In this document: one piece after another, positions 20,050 to 29,348 of the stretch | Layout of the letters: the number at the start of each line of letters is the position of its first letter | Position numbering within the stretch: the stretch's first letter is position 1 | Origin: Planctomycetota bacterium | Lineage (GTDB): Bacteria > Planctomycetota > UBA1135 > UBA2386 | Length of the DNA: 64,000 bases | Direction: 5' to 3' | NCBI GenBank assembly: GCA_947501605.1 | Contig: CANMWZ010000011.1 | Location: forward strand, 1 to 64,000 | Notes under the pieces: model-generated | Told to the model about the DNA's origin: nothing | The model's database searches: none | What the model saw: the letters and a program-made list of their open reading frames with translations, nothing else | Made by a program: the position numbers and the translations under genes

Positions 20050-22178
20050 GGGTTCACCTTGGAATGCGGTTCATCGGTCGGGGCAGCCACGGCTTGGCGC
20101 ACGACCACACGGTTGCCGACTACCTCGACAACCTCGATCAGACACCCCTGGTCCAACATCTCGCCGCGCGTCTGGACGTCGATCTTGTGACCGTCGATGC
20201 GTGCAAAGCCCGCTGGCCGCAGCGACGACAGCGCCGTGCCGCGGCGATGCAGCAGGGTGGCCAACTCGCGCGAAGTAGCGCCACCGCTGACCTCCTCGGG
20301 ACGAGGGCCTTCGAGCATCAAGGCACGACCAAGGCGCGTGTGCGGCAGCGCGCGAAACGCCCACCACAGGGCGATCGGCGCCAGGATCGCTTCGCCGACA
20401 AGGAAGCCGATGCCGAGCGCTTGGCCCTCTTGAAAGGCCAGGAACACGGCACTGATCAACGCCGTGCCGGATAGCAGTGTGAGCACGCCGAACGAGACGA
20501 AGAACACTTCCCCGATCAGCAGGGCGATGCCGACGATCGCGATCAGGAGGATCACACCGATGCTGCCGCGCTGCGAGTCCGGGAGTGCGCGTTCGACGAC
20601 GATCCGATTGCCATGCACGGCGACGATGCGCACCAAGGTGCCGGCCTCGACGAAATCGCCATCGGTGACGACGTCGTAACGCTCGCCGTCAAGTTCGACG
20701 GCTCCCGATGGGCGCAGGACCGTCGCCGCGCGGGCGGTCTTGCCCACGAGCGCCGCGATCTTCTGCGCCGCCGCCGGGTCGCCGAGTTGTACGGCAGCCG
20801 CCCCGGGGGGGACTGGCGGTGGCAGATAGAGGCGGTTCAGCAGCGGGATGCGCGGCAGCACACGCCACATCAGCGACGCGGATACCAGCACGGCGATGAA
20901 GAGGACGGCCAGTTGGAGCAGGTTGTCGAACAGAATCTCCTGCTGCGACACGCTGTCAGGCAGCACGAACGTCTGGCGACTCAACACCAACGAGGCCACC
21001 AGCGACAAGAACCCCACGGCGCCAAAAATCACCACGCCCGGCAACAAGAAGATCTCGACGGCGAGCGCAGACAGGCCAAGGAAGAACAACAGGATCTCGG
21101 TGATCTCGGCGAGACCAACGAGGTAGTTGTAGAACAGCGCCAGCGCGAGGAATCCGGCACCGAGCAGCCCCGGCAGCCCGACGCCCGGCGTCTTGATCTC
21201 GAGTACGAGCAAGACGAGGCCCAGCAAGAGGAGCGCGGGTTGGAGCAGTTCGAGCCATCCCACCATGCGCTCGGCCCAGGAGTACTCGAGCTCGAAGCAG
21301 CTCTTTGGATCGAGCCCCAGCCCGTCGGTGCAGAGTTGCTCCATCGTCTGCACCATGCCGTTCGACAAACGCACGGCATCGGCCTCGGCAGCCGTCAGCA
21401 CCACGGGGCGGGTGATCTCCTCTTGCGACACGATCACCGCGCCGGCAGCCTGCAGGCCAGTCAACTCGGACGCATCGACGATGCGCTGACTCTCGACGCC
21501 CCGTTCGCGCAAACGCACTCGCACCAACGCGAGCAGCGGATCGACCATGCCTTGGCATAAGCGGGCGGCATCGTTCGACAACTTCGTGCGGCGGCGATCG
21601 AGGCGCTGCTTCATTTCCTCGCCGAACCCGCGCAGCCGCTGCTTCTCCGCGTCCTCGTCGGTCATCTGCTCGAGCTGCTCGAGCAGGGTCGGCATCGGCT
21701 GGATCGAGCCGAGGTCGCCATCGCGCAGAAACCACAGTTGGTCGCAAACCACGGCGAGATAGGCCGCCCCACCGCGAACGTGGCCCCGGACGATTGCCGT
21801 CGTCGTCACCTTGGCGCGAGCGCGTTCCACGTGATCCAGCAGACTCTGGATGTCCGACGCCGATTCGGCGTCACCACCGGCGTTGTCGAGTCGGAACGCA
21901 ACGTGCAACCCTTCGGCCTCGGCCTGCCGCAGTGCCCGGTGGCACAGCGCCAGCTCCTGGGTCCCGACCACCCCCTCGATCGGCACCACCAGCATTTGCA
22001 CCGGATTGGTGGTGTTGAGGGCAGGCTCTTGCAGGGGCCGCACTCCTGGACCGCAGGCAGCTGTCAGCATGCACAGCAGTGACAGCCACACAAACACGAC
22101 GGCCGGTCGGCCAGATCCAAAGAGGCCCTCGAGCCGCGGCTTGGAACCGGCGACCGACAATGTGCAACGCGAACTCAC
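20046..22178 (-). CDS. nfeD: NfeD-family protein: ClpP-like domain + TM bundle + OB-fold, fused to a second TM + OB-fold NfeD unit
   Basis: [19 protein letters not shown], and two OB-fold motifs ([36 protein letters not shown]). Start uncertain (GTG 22178 chosen; lipobox LTAAC). Confidence 0.85.
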   Translation of the reverse strand: MSSRCTLSVAGSKPRLEGLFGSGRPAVVFVWLSLLCMLTAACGPGVRPLQEPALNTTNPVQMLVVPIEGVVGTQELALCHRALRQAEAEGLHVAFRLDNAGGDAESASDIQSLLDHVERARAKVTTTAIVRGHVRGGAAYLAVVCDQLWFLRDGDLGSIQPMPTLLEQLEQMTDEDAEKQRLRGFGEEMKQRLDRRRTKLSNDAARLCQGMVDPLLALVRVRLRERGVESQRIVDASELTGLQAAGAVIVSQEEITRPVVLTAAEADAVRLSNGMVQTMEQLCTDGLGLDPKSCFELEYSWAERMVGWLELLQPALLLLGLVLLVLEIKTPGVGLPGLLGAGFLALALFYNYLVGLAEITEILLFFLGLSALAVEIFLLPGVVIFGAVGFLSLVASLVLSRQTFVLPDSVSQQEILFDNLLQLAVLFIAVLVSASLMWRVLPRIPLLNRLYLPPPVPPGAAAVQLGDPAAAQKIAALVGKTARAATVLRPSGAVELDGERYDVVTDGDFVEAGTLVRIVAVHGNRIVVERALPDSQRGSIGVILLIAIVGIALLIGEVFFVSFGVLTLLSGTALISAVFLAFQEGQALGIGFLVGEAILAPIALWWAFRALPHTRLGRALMLEGPRPEEVSGGATSRELATLLHRRGTALSSLRPAGFARIDGHKIDVQTRGEMLDQGCLIEVVEVVGNRVVVRQAVAAPTDEPHSKVNP

Positions 22179-22313
22179 GCCCCATGGTTTAACACACGCC
22201 CGTACCGATTTCCCTGCACCATCCGCGCGCCAGCCACACGCCGAGGGCTCAGGCTTCCCCTGCTCGCCGCCCCGCGTCACAATCCTCGCCCCGCTCGCAC
22301 GCATTCGGAAGGC

Positions 22314-23036
22314 ATGACCACCAACACCCCCGCCCCGGCGCCCGCAGTGGCGCCCTTCCCGACCGCCGGCCCCGCGTTCGATGACGAACGCGTCGTCATT
22401 CGTCCCTGGCCAAAGGTGGTGTTCCTCTACCCTACCTTCCTCGGCGCCTGCCTCTGCTTCCTGTTGGCGATGCTCGGCGTCGATTCCCGCACACTCGGCA
22501 ACTCGTTCATGGCGCTGCTGTGCCTGAACCTGCTGGTGTTCAGCTTCGACTTCTCGCGCATCAAGTCGATCACCCTCGTGATCGGCTTCATCGCCGTAGT
22601 CCTAGGGCTGTTGTGGCTCGACACCAAATGGAACGTGACGGGATTTCTCGGCCGCCTCTTCAGCGGCATCGACATCGAGATGAACGTCGCCTTCTACGGC
22701 TTCCTGGCGGCGTTCCTCGGTTTGCTCCTCGTGCTCGTGTTCGTCAACTCGCGCTTCCACTACTACGAAGTCAATGCGCGTGAAATCCTGCACCACCACG
22801 GCTACCTCGGCGACATAACGCGCTGGTCGACCGACGGGCTCGAGATGAACAAGGAGATCTACGACATGGCGGAGTATCTGCTGCTCCGCAGCGGCCGCCT
22901 GATCTTCCTGCCCGCGAACGCCAAGAAGGCCATCGTGCTCGACAATGTCCTCAAGGTGAACCACATCGAAGCGCGCGTCAACGACCTGCTGTCCCACGTT
23001 GCCGTGCGCCTCGACCAACGACCCGGTCCCGGCTGA
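22314..23036 (+). CDS. Hypothetical integral membrane protein
   Basis: Several hydrophobic helices plus a soluble C-terminal domain; strong codon bias. Confidence 0.8.
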   Translation: MTTNTPAPAPAVAPFPTAGPAFDDERVVIRPWPKVVFLYPTFLGACLCFLLAMLGVDSRTLGNSFMALLCLNLLVFSFDFSRIKSITLVIGFIAVVLGLLWLDTKWNVTGFLGRLFSGIDIEMNVAFYGFLAAFLGLLLVLVFVNSRFHYYEVNAREILHHHGYLGDITRWSTDGLEMNKEIYDMAEYLLLRSGRLIFLPANAKKAIVLDNVLKVNHIEARVNDLLSHVAVRLDQRPGPG

Positions 23037-23058
23037 ACCGACGTAGGTTCCCGCTACC

Positions 23059-25119
23059 GTGGACGCCGCACTGCTCGTCGCCAGTTCGCCGCTCGAACAA
23101 CTGCGCCTGCCGGCGTTGCATGCCGCGCTCACGGCGCACGGCGTGCCATGCGAGATCAAAGACCAGACCGGCGACGACCTGGCATCCGTGCTCACCTGCC
23201 ATCCCCGAGCCCAAGTCGTCGCCGTTGCCGGCAACGATGCGACGGCGCTCGCGTTCGTGCAGACGGCCGCCGCGCGCGGACTCCGGATCGTGCGCATCGA
23301 CGCCGGGGCCCGCACGTTTCACGACGACCGGATCGCGCGCGCCCTCGACCAGGTCGCTGCGATCTGGCTCTGCGCCACGACCCAGCAGCGCGACAACTTG
23401 CGCCGCGAACGGCACGACGTGCGCCGCGCCTTCGTCGTGGGCAGCACGCTCGCGCAGGCCCTGGCTACGTCGGTTCCGTCGAACTCGGCGACGGCAAGCA
23501 TGGTCGCGCTCTGGCTCGACGACGCACCTAAAGAACTCCGGAGTGCGCTCGAGGCGGAAGCTCATCGACATGCGCTGACCGTGCAGAACGTCACCGACTT
23601 CGACACCCTGGCCACGGCCCGAGTCGTGGTGACCGACTCGGCTCTCGTCCAAGAAGCAGCGTGCGCACTTCGCATCCCGTGCGTGACGACCGCGACCTCC
23701 ACGGCGCACCCGGAGACCGTGGACTGCGGCGCCAACCAAGTAGCGGGACCCGACGCACGAGCCGCCGCCCGCGCGCTTGCGATGGCACTCACGGAGAGTC
23801 GCGACTGGCAGTCGCCTTGGCCTCCGCTCCTCGGCTCGCCGATGACCGCAGCCGCAAGAGCGATCGCCGAGCAGGACGCCGACTCGGAGTCCTCACCACC
23901 CCTGCAACTCGAGCTTCCGAGCGACGGCGACTTCACCGGCCGCACGCTTGGATCCGAGGAGTGCGAGATCGTGGCGCGGGCGCTGCGGAGCGGCACGCTG
24001 AACTCGACCCGAGGGACCTTCGTGCCGCGCTTCGAACAGGCCTTCGCCCAGGCCGTCGGCCGCCGCCATGCGGTTGCCTGTGCCTCCGGCTCCGCCGCAA
24101 TGCACGGCGCGATCGCAGCGCTTGGCCTCGCTCCCGGCGATGAAGTCGTCACCACGCCGATCACCGACATGGGGGCGCTGACCTGCATCAGTTACGAAGG
24201 CGGCGTGCCGGTGTTTGCAGACGTCGATCCGCAGACGCTCAACGTCACGAGCCAAACGATCGCGGCACAACTCACCGACCGCACCCGCGCGGTGGTCGCG
24301 ACGCACCTTTTTGGGCGCGCATGCGACATGGGGCCCATCATGGAGTTGTGTCGGAGCCGTGGCCTGCCGCTGATCGAAGACATGGCCCAGGCCCTCGGCA
24401 GCGCCGAGCGCAGTGGCCGACCCGGGACCTTTGGCAGCATCGCCTGCTACAGCTTGCAGCAGGGCAAGCACATGACGACCGGCGAAGGCGGCATCGTCGT
24501 CACCGACGATGCCCAGCATGCGCGCCGACTGTTCTTGTTCGTCAACAAGGCCTGGGGCTACGGCGACCCCCAGCCTGACCACTACTTTCCTGCGCCCAAC
24601 TACCGCATGACCGAGCTGCAGGGCGCCGTGGCGCTGGCGCAACTGCGCAAGCTCGACTGGGTCGTGCAGGCCAGGCGGAGGGTCGCAGCCGCAATCACGA
24701 ACGGCCTCGTCGATGTCGCGGGACTCGAACTGCCGAAGGATCCACCAGGCGGACGGCACTCGTACTGGAAGTACGCATTCTTCGTCGATCCATTGGTGAT
24801 CCGAGGAGGCGCGTCCGAACTCGCCCGACGCATGAAGCAACGGGGCGTCTCCTGCGTGCCGCACTACATCCAGAAGCCCGCGTTCGAATGCGCGTTGTAC
24901 CGTGACTTCAACGCTTCGCCGGTCACCAAGATGCCCCTGGAGCACAGTCCGCGGCGCCACCAAGCGCAACCCCTGTTCGTGCGCGCTGACTATCCCGGAA
25001 CGGTGCGGGCTCTCGACCGAGTCGTCGTGCTGCCGATCAACGAGTGTTACGAGGAGCACCACACGACTGCCGTTTGCGCCGTGATCCGCGAGGAAGCAGC
25101 GAGGCTCCTGCATGGCTGA
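23059..25119 (+). CDS. Fusion of a degenerate UDP-GlcNAc 2-epimerase-like domain and a DegT/DnrJ/EryC1/StrS PLP aminotransferase
   Basis: N-part RIDAGART, DNLRRE...FVVGS, VVTDSALVQEAA and HPETVDCGAN; C-part CASGSAA, IEDMAQA, SLQQGKHMTTGEGG and NYRMTELQGA. Confidence 0.88.
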   Translation: MDAALLVASSPLEQLRLPALHAALTAHGVPCEIKDQTGDDLASVLTCHPRAQVVAVAGNDATALAFVQTAAARGLRIVRIDAGARTFHDDRIARALDQVAAIWLCATTQQRDNLRRERHDVRRAFVVGSTLAQALATSVPSNSATASMVALWLDDAPKELRSALEAEAHRHALTVQNVTDFDTLATARVVVTDSALVQEAACALRIPCVTTATSTAHPETVDCGANQVAGPDARAAARALAMALTESRDWQSPWPPLLGSPMTAAARAIAEQDADSESSPPLQLELPSDGDFTGRTLGSEECEIVARALRSGTLNSTRGTFVPRFEQAFAQAVGRRHAVACASGSAAMHGAIAALGLAPGDEVVTTPITDMGALTCISYEGGVPVFADVDPQTLNVTSQTIAAQLTDRTRAVVATHLFGRACDMGPIMELCRSRGLPLIEDMAQALGSAERSGRPGTFGSIACYSLQQGKHMTTGEGGIVVTDDAQHARRLFLFVNKAWGYGDPQPDHYFPAPNYRMTELQGAVALAQLRKLDWVVQARRRVAAAITNGLVDVAGLELPKDPPGGRHSYWKYAFFVDPLVIRGGASELARRMKQRGVSCVPHYIQKPAFECALYRDFNASPVTKMPLEHSPRRHQAQPLFVRADYPGTVRALDRVVVLPINECYEEHHTTAVCAVIREEAARLLHG

Positions 25120-26146
25120 AGCTCGCCGACACCCGAGTCCATTGGCACTCGCCATCGTCGGCTGTGGCGGGATCGCCAAGGCCTACGACCTGGCGGTGGA
25201 ACGCGACGGTGGCTTCGGCGTCGTCGCCACCGTCGACCGCGACCCTGCCCGAGCCGACGCCATCGGGGCGCCGCACCAAGCCCACATCGCGGCCGACCTC
25301 GACGCGCTGCTCGCCACCGGAGTCCACGTCGACGCGGCGCTCGTCTTGACGCCGCCCGACACCCACGAGGCACTGAGCTGCTCGCTGCTAGCCCACGGCA
25401 TCCATGTGCTGTGCGAGAAACCGCTGGCTCCGACGACCGCCGCCGCCGAGCGCATGATGGCCTGCGCGAGCGCGCACTCCCGCCTGCTGATGATGGGATC
25501 GAAGTTCCGCTACACCCCCGATGTCGCCCGCGCCCGCGAGCTGCTCGACCGCGGCCTGCTCGGCCAAATCGCCTTGTTCGAAAACACCTTCTGCACGCGC
25601 GTCGACATGACGCAGCGGTGGAACTCGGTGCGGCACGTCGCCGGCGGCGGCGTGTTGATCGACAATGGCTGTCACTCGGTCGACATCGCGCGCTTCTTGC
25701 TGGGCCCGATTGCGCGCGTCCAAGCGCTGTTCGGCAAGCCGATCCAGAAGCTCGAAGTCGAAGACACTGTGCGCCTCATGTTCGAATCGCAATCAGGTGC
25801 CATGGGCTCGATCGATCTGTCGTGGAGCTTGCACAAGGAGGACGCGTGCTACGTGCGCCTCTACGGCAGCCGCGGCACGATGGAGATCGGCTGGCGCCAA
25901 TCGCGCTACAAGCTCGAAGGAGAGTCCGCCTGGACCGAGTTTGGCAGCGGCTACGACAAGATCGCGGCCTTTGCCGCGCAGCTCACCGACTTCCGCGAGT
26001 CGCTCCTCGGCCGCAAGACTCCCGTGATCTCCGAGCAGGACGCGCTCGCTTCGGTGCAAGTCCTCGACGCCGCCTACCGGTCGGCACGCGAACAGAAGTG
26101 GCACGAACTGCAACCGTCGGCGCCGCACCACCGCACCGCGCCTTAG
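25112..26146 (+). CDS. Gfo/Idh/MocA oxidoreductase (WbpB-like sugar dehydrogenase)
   Basis: AIVGCGGIA, HVLCEKPLA and GGGVLIDNGCHSVD; overlaps the aminotransferase stop. Confidence 0.9.
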   Translation: MAEARRHPSPLALAIVGCGGIAKAYDLAVERDGGFGVVATVDRDPARADAIGAPHQAHIAADLDALLATGVHVDAALVLTPPDTHEALSCSLLAHGIHVLCEKPLAPTTAAAERMMACASAHSRLLMMGSKFRYTPDVARARELLDRGLLGQIALFENTFCTRVDMTQRWNSVRHVAGGGVLIDNGCHSVDIARFLLGPIARVQALFGKPIQKLEVEDTVRLMFESQSGAMGSIDLSWSLHKEDACYVRLYGSRGTMEIGWRQSRYKLEGESAWTEFGSGYDKIAAFAAQLTDFRESLLGRKTPVISEQDALASVQVLDAAYRSAREQKWHELQPSAPHHRTAP

Positions 26147-26154
26147 GAGCCAGC

Positions 26155-26799
26155 ATGGCAGACCTCGAGGATCGCTCACTCCCACCGCCGCGTGTGCACC
26201 ATACCGCCCTGGTCGAGGACGGTGCGAGCATCGGCAACGGCACCGCCATCTGGGACAACGTCCACGTGCGGCGCGGCGCGCGCATCGGTCGGAGCTGCAT
26301 CGTCGGCGAGAAGACCTACATCGCCGGAGACGCCGTGATCGGGGACCTCTGCAAGCTCAACGCTGTCGTCTACGTCTGCGCCAACGTGACCATCGAAGAC
26401 GGCGTGATGATCGCCGCGCACGCAGTGTTCACCAACGACCGCGCGCCACGAGCCTGCGACCCGGACCTGCTCGCCTTGCTGCCGAGCGACCCCGGCCAGA
26501 AGACGCAGACGACGATCGTGCGCCGCGGGGCCACAATTGGCGCCAACGCGACGATCGGACCCGGCCTCGAACTCGGCGCCTTCTGCATGGTCGGCATGGG
26601 CAGTGTCGTCACGCGCGATGTAGAAGCGCACGGCCTCGTGGTCGGCAATCCAGCGCGCCTCGTCGGCGCCGTATGTCGCTGCGGCGAGCGCGTGGCAACC
26701 TTCGCCGGTGGGGCTTCGCCCGAACGCGCCACGTTCCGCTGTGCACACTGCGCACGCAGCTTTGAATGGCAGGCTGGCGACCCGCACCCTCGTTGCTAG
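26155..26799 (+). CDS. Hexapeptide-repeat N-acetyltransferase (WbpD/WlbB-like) with C-terminal Cys cluster
   Basis: VHHTALVEDGASIG, VFTNDRAPR, GATIGANATI, VVGNPAR and CRCG...CAHC. Confidence 0.9.
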   Translation: MADLEDRSLPPPRVHHTALVEDGASIGNGTAIWDNVHVRRGARIGRSCIVGEKTYIAGDAVIGDLCKLNAVVYVCANVTIEDGVMIAAHAVFTNDRAPRACDPDLLALLPSDPGQKTQTTIVRRGATIGANATIGPGLELGAFCMVGMGSVVTRDVEAHGLVVGNPARLVGAVCRCGERVATFAGGASPERATFRCAHCARSFEWQAGDPHPRC

Positions 26800-26893
26800 C
26801 GCGGTGACACACGGGTTCGTGCTCCCGATCGGCGAAGGCGATGCGCCGGGCACAGGGCGCCGCGACGGCAGCGCTGGTCCGCGGCCTTGTGCT

Positions 26894-26931
26894 GCTGCGG
26901 CTTCGCTGCATGCGGCGTGCAGCGCCGCAGC
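26894..26931. terminator. GC-rich hairpin between convergent genes
   Basis: GCTGCGG-ctt-CGCTGCA-tgcggcg-TGCAGCG-CCGCAGC nested inverted repeat; no U-tract. Confidence 0.35.
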
Positions 26932-27026
26932 CACGCGGTGCGAGTCTGCAAGCCCCCTTGTGATCCGCCCACGGAATCACGGCTCCGATGCCGACCGCCC
27001 AGCAGAATGCCAACGTCAACGGGCTG

Positions 27027-28628
27027 CTAGCTCGCCGCGTCGGGATCCTGTTCCGCCAGGCGAGAGTAGAGAGTTCGGCGCGCGATGCCGAGCAGGCGCG
27101 CAGCCTCTGCCTTGTTGCCGTTCGCCGCGCGCAGGGCGCGCTGAATCGCCCACGCCTCGATGGCCGCCAGCTCAAAGGTCGCCGGCACATCGTGGCCGGC
27201 CAGCGCCACCGGTTCCTCCCGCGGCAGTTCGTGCGGCAACGGACCGTCGCCGGCGAGCGCAACGAGGCGCTGCATCAGGTTGCGAAGTTCGCGGAGGTTG
27301 CCGGCGAACGCGCGGCGCTGGAGTTCCTGAGCGACGGTGTCGGGCAAAACCTTGGCGGAACGTGCCTGGTTGGCGGCGATCTCGGCCAGGAAGTGGCGCG
27401 CCAGCAGCGGCGCGTCCCCGATGCGCTCTCGCAGCGGCGGCAAGCGCAGACTGACCACCGCGAGTCGGTAGTACAGATCCTCGCGAAGGCGACCCTGCTG
27501 CACGGCGGCGCGCGGATCGCGGTTGGTCGCAGCCACCAGGCGCACGTCAAAGGACTCGCTGCGGTCGCTGCCGACCGGACGCACCTGCCGCTCCTCGATG
27601 GCACGCAGCAGACGAGCCTGAAGTTCGAGGTCCATCTCGCACACCTCGTCCAAGAAGAGCGTGCCGCCCTGCGCCTGCCGAAACAGCCCTAGGCGCGCTC
27701 GGTCGGCACCGGTGAACGACCCCTTCTCGTGACCGAAGAGTTCGCTCTCCAGCATGGTTGGCTGGATCGCTGCCAGGTTTACCCCGACGAACGGGCCGGT
27801 CTTGCGCGCGCCGCCGTCGTGCAGAGCGCGGGCGACGACCTCTTTGCCAGTACCGCTCTCGCCCCACAACAGCACCGGAAAGTCAGCGTCGACGACGCTG
27901 TCGAGCACACCCAACACCCCCAGCAATGCTGGCGACTCCCCGATCACGGTGGCGAACGCATGGCGCAGTTCGCCTCGCGCCCGCACTGGTGTGCGCGCCG
28001 ACAAGCGCTCTTGCTGAGCTTGCACCGTCGCGGCGAGTGCATGGTTGGTCGCTTGCAGGCGCTCTTTTTGTGCGCGGTTCTCGCCAAGCAGCGCGTGCAG
28101 GTGCAGCACGATCGCCGCCTGATCGGCGAAGGCCTGCAGCCATGGTAGATCTTGCTCGCGGAACGCTTTGCTGTGGAACCGGTGGTCGAGGTAGAGCCCG
28201 CCGAGCACGGCGTCACCGACCGTCAACGGAATCGCCAGGACCGAACGGAGCTTGAGGTCGGCAACGCTCTGTGCGGCGGTCAGGTCGCCTTCCTGAGCAT
28301 CGGCCGAGAACACGCCTTGCCCGGCAAGTACGCGCTTGCAGATCGTGCTCGACAGCTTGCGTTCTGGGTGCGCCACGGATTCACGATCGAAGCTGCGGGC
28401 CACTTCGACCGCAAAGCCTGGTGGCTCGGCGATTGGCACGCAGACAAAGCCGCGCTCGGCGGCAAACAGGGTCACGGCCTCGTCGACGAGGCGCACGAGC
28501 AATTGACGCCGATCCGTGGCTTTGGCCAGTTCGCGATTGAGCGACAAGATTGCCGACAACCGCTGCTGGTCCTGGTCGTCTGCACCGCCGCCGCGCAACC
28601 GCGCCAAGAACTCGGCGAAGCGCGCCAT
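27027..28628 (-). CDS. Sigma-54-dependent transcriptional activator (GAF + AAA+ + Fis HTH)
   Basis: GAF (SVLAIPL...GGLYLDHR), [32 protein letters not shown] and [18 protein letters not shown]. Confidence 0.95.
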   Translation of the reverse strand: MARFAEFLARLRGGGADDQDQQRLSAILSLNRELAKATDRRQLLVRLVDEAVTLFAAERGFVCVPIAEPPGFAVEVARSFDRESVAHPERKLSSTICKRVLAGQGVFSADAQEGDLTAAQSVADLKLRSVLAIPLTVGDAVLGGLYLDHRFHSKAFREQDLPWLQAFADQAAIVLHLHALLGENRAQKERLQATNHALAATVQAQQERLSARTPVRARGELRHAFATVIGESPALLGVLGVLDSVVDADFPVLLWGESGTGKEVVARALHDGGARKTGPFVGVNLAAIQPTMLESELFGHEKGSFTGADRARLGLFRQAQGGTLFLDEVCEMDLELQARLLRAIEERQVRPVGSDRSESFDVRLVAATNRDPRAAVQQGRLREDLYYRLAVVSLRLPPLRERIGDAPLLARHFLAEIAANQARSAKVLPDTVAQELQRRAFAGNLRELRNLMQRLVALAGDGPLPHELPREEPVALAGHDVPATFELAAIEAWAIQRALRAANGNKAEAARLLGIARRTLYSRLAEQDPDAAS

Positions 28629-29140
28629 CAGTGGCCTCCGGCCGCGGCCGCAACCGCCGCCGTGAAGGCGCGGCCAAACAGTGCCTCGGCGTGGCGTTCG
28701 GCAGCGGCCAGATCGCCAAGAGTGGCCAGCGCCCGACGCAAGGTCATGGCGGCGGCGGCAACCTCGCTTCCAGGCAGCGCACCATGCGCGCAGGCAGCGA
28801 CGGCATGCGTGGCGGGACACCCGTTCGCCCGCCACCGCAGGTCAAGAATGCGGCCAGCGTCGATCCGCACGTCGACTTCGACGACGTCACCGCAGATCGG
28901 ATGCTCGGCGCGCCCAGTCGCGACGTGACCAGTCGCGACGTGACCAGTCGCGACGTGACCAGTCGCTACGTGCCCAGTGACAGCAGGCCCCGTGACAGCA
29001 GACCCAGTTCCAGCGGGCCCTGCGTCAGTCCGGCTGGTATCGACTCGCGCCAAACCGCCACGCGTCTCCGCGGGAACCGCATCGATGCGCCCCATTCCCC
29101 GGGCCTCTGCCATCAGCAGTCGCAACTGGGGCGAAACCAT
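28628..29140 (-). CDS. Atypical IscU/NifU-N-like scaffold protein with a pentapeptide-repeat insert
   Basis: [15 protein letters not shown] and WRANGCPA motifs; stop overlaps the activator ATG. Confidence 0.75.
   Translation of the reverse strand: MVSPQLRLLMAEARGMGRIDAVPAETRGGLARVDTSRTDAGPAGTGSAVTGPAVTGHVATGHVATGHVATGHVATGRAEHPICGDVVEVDVRIDAGRILDLRWRANGCPATHAVAACAHGALPGSEVAAAAMTLRRALATLGDLAAAERHAEALFGRAFTAAVAAAAGGH
28914..29018. repeat. 15-bp tandem repeat (3 exact + 4 degenerate units) inside the IscU-like gene
   Basis: CCAGTCGCGACGTGA x3, then CCAGTCGCTACGTGC, CCAGTGACAGCAGGC and further decayed units; encodes (TGHVA)n. Confidence 0.95.
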
Positions 29141-29153
29141 GTCGCGAGCCCGG

Positions 29154-29348
29154 CTACGGCCGGTCGACCATACGGAGCGAACCCTGGTCATCCGTGCGAC
29201 AGCTCGGCGGCATGCGATCGAGGGAGGAGAACTCACCCGTGAACCACGAGCACGAACTGCTCGCCGCGGCCAACAGGCACAGGAGACCGCAGCCGAACAG
29301 GCGTTTTGGCCAGGAGCGCACGGCGGACTTGGCGAGGATTTGGGTCAT
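29154..29348 (-). CDS. Very small putative lipoprotein
   Basis: ATGA overlap with the lysA stop; signal-like LLCLLAAASSSC. Confidence 0.55.
   Translation of the reverse strand: MTQILAKSAVRSWPKRLFGCGLLCLLAAASSSCSWFTGEFSSLDRMPPSCRTDDQGSLRMVDRP

Noticed and set aside
26800..29348. Sigma-54 (-24/-12) promoter near the activator
   Set aside because: No convincing TGGCAC-N5-TTGC found by eye in the flanking intergenic regions.
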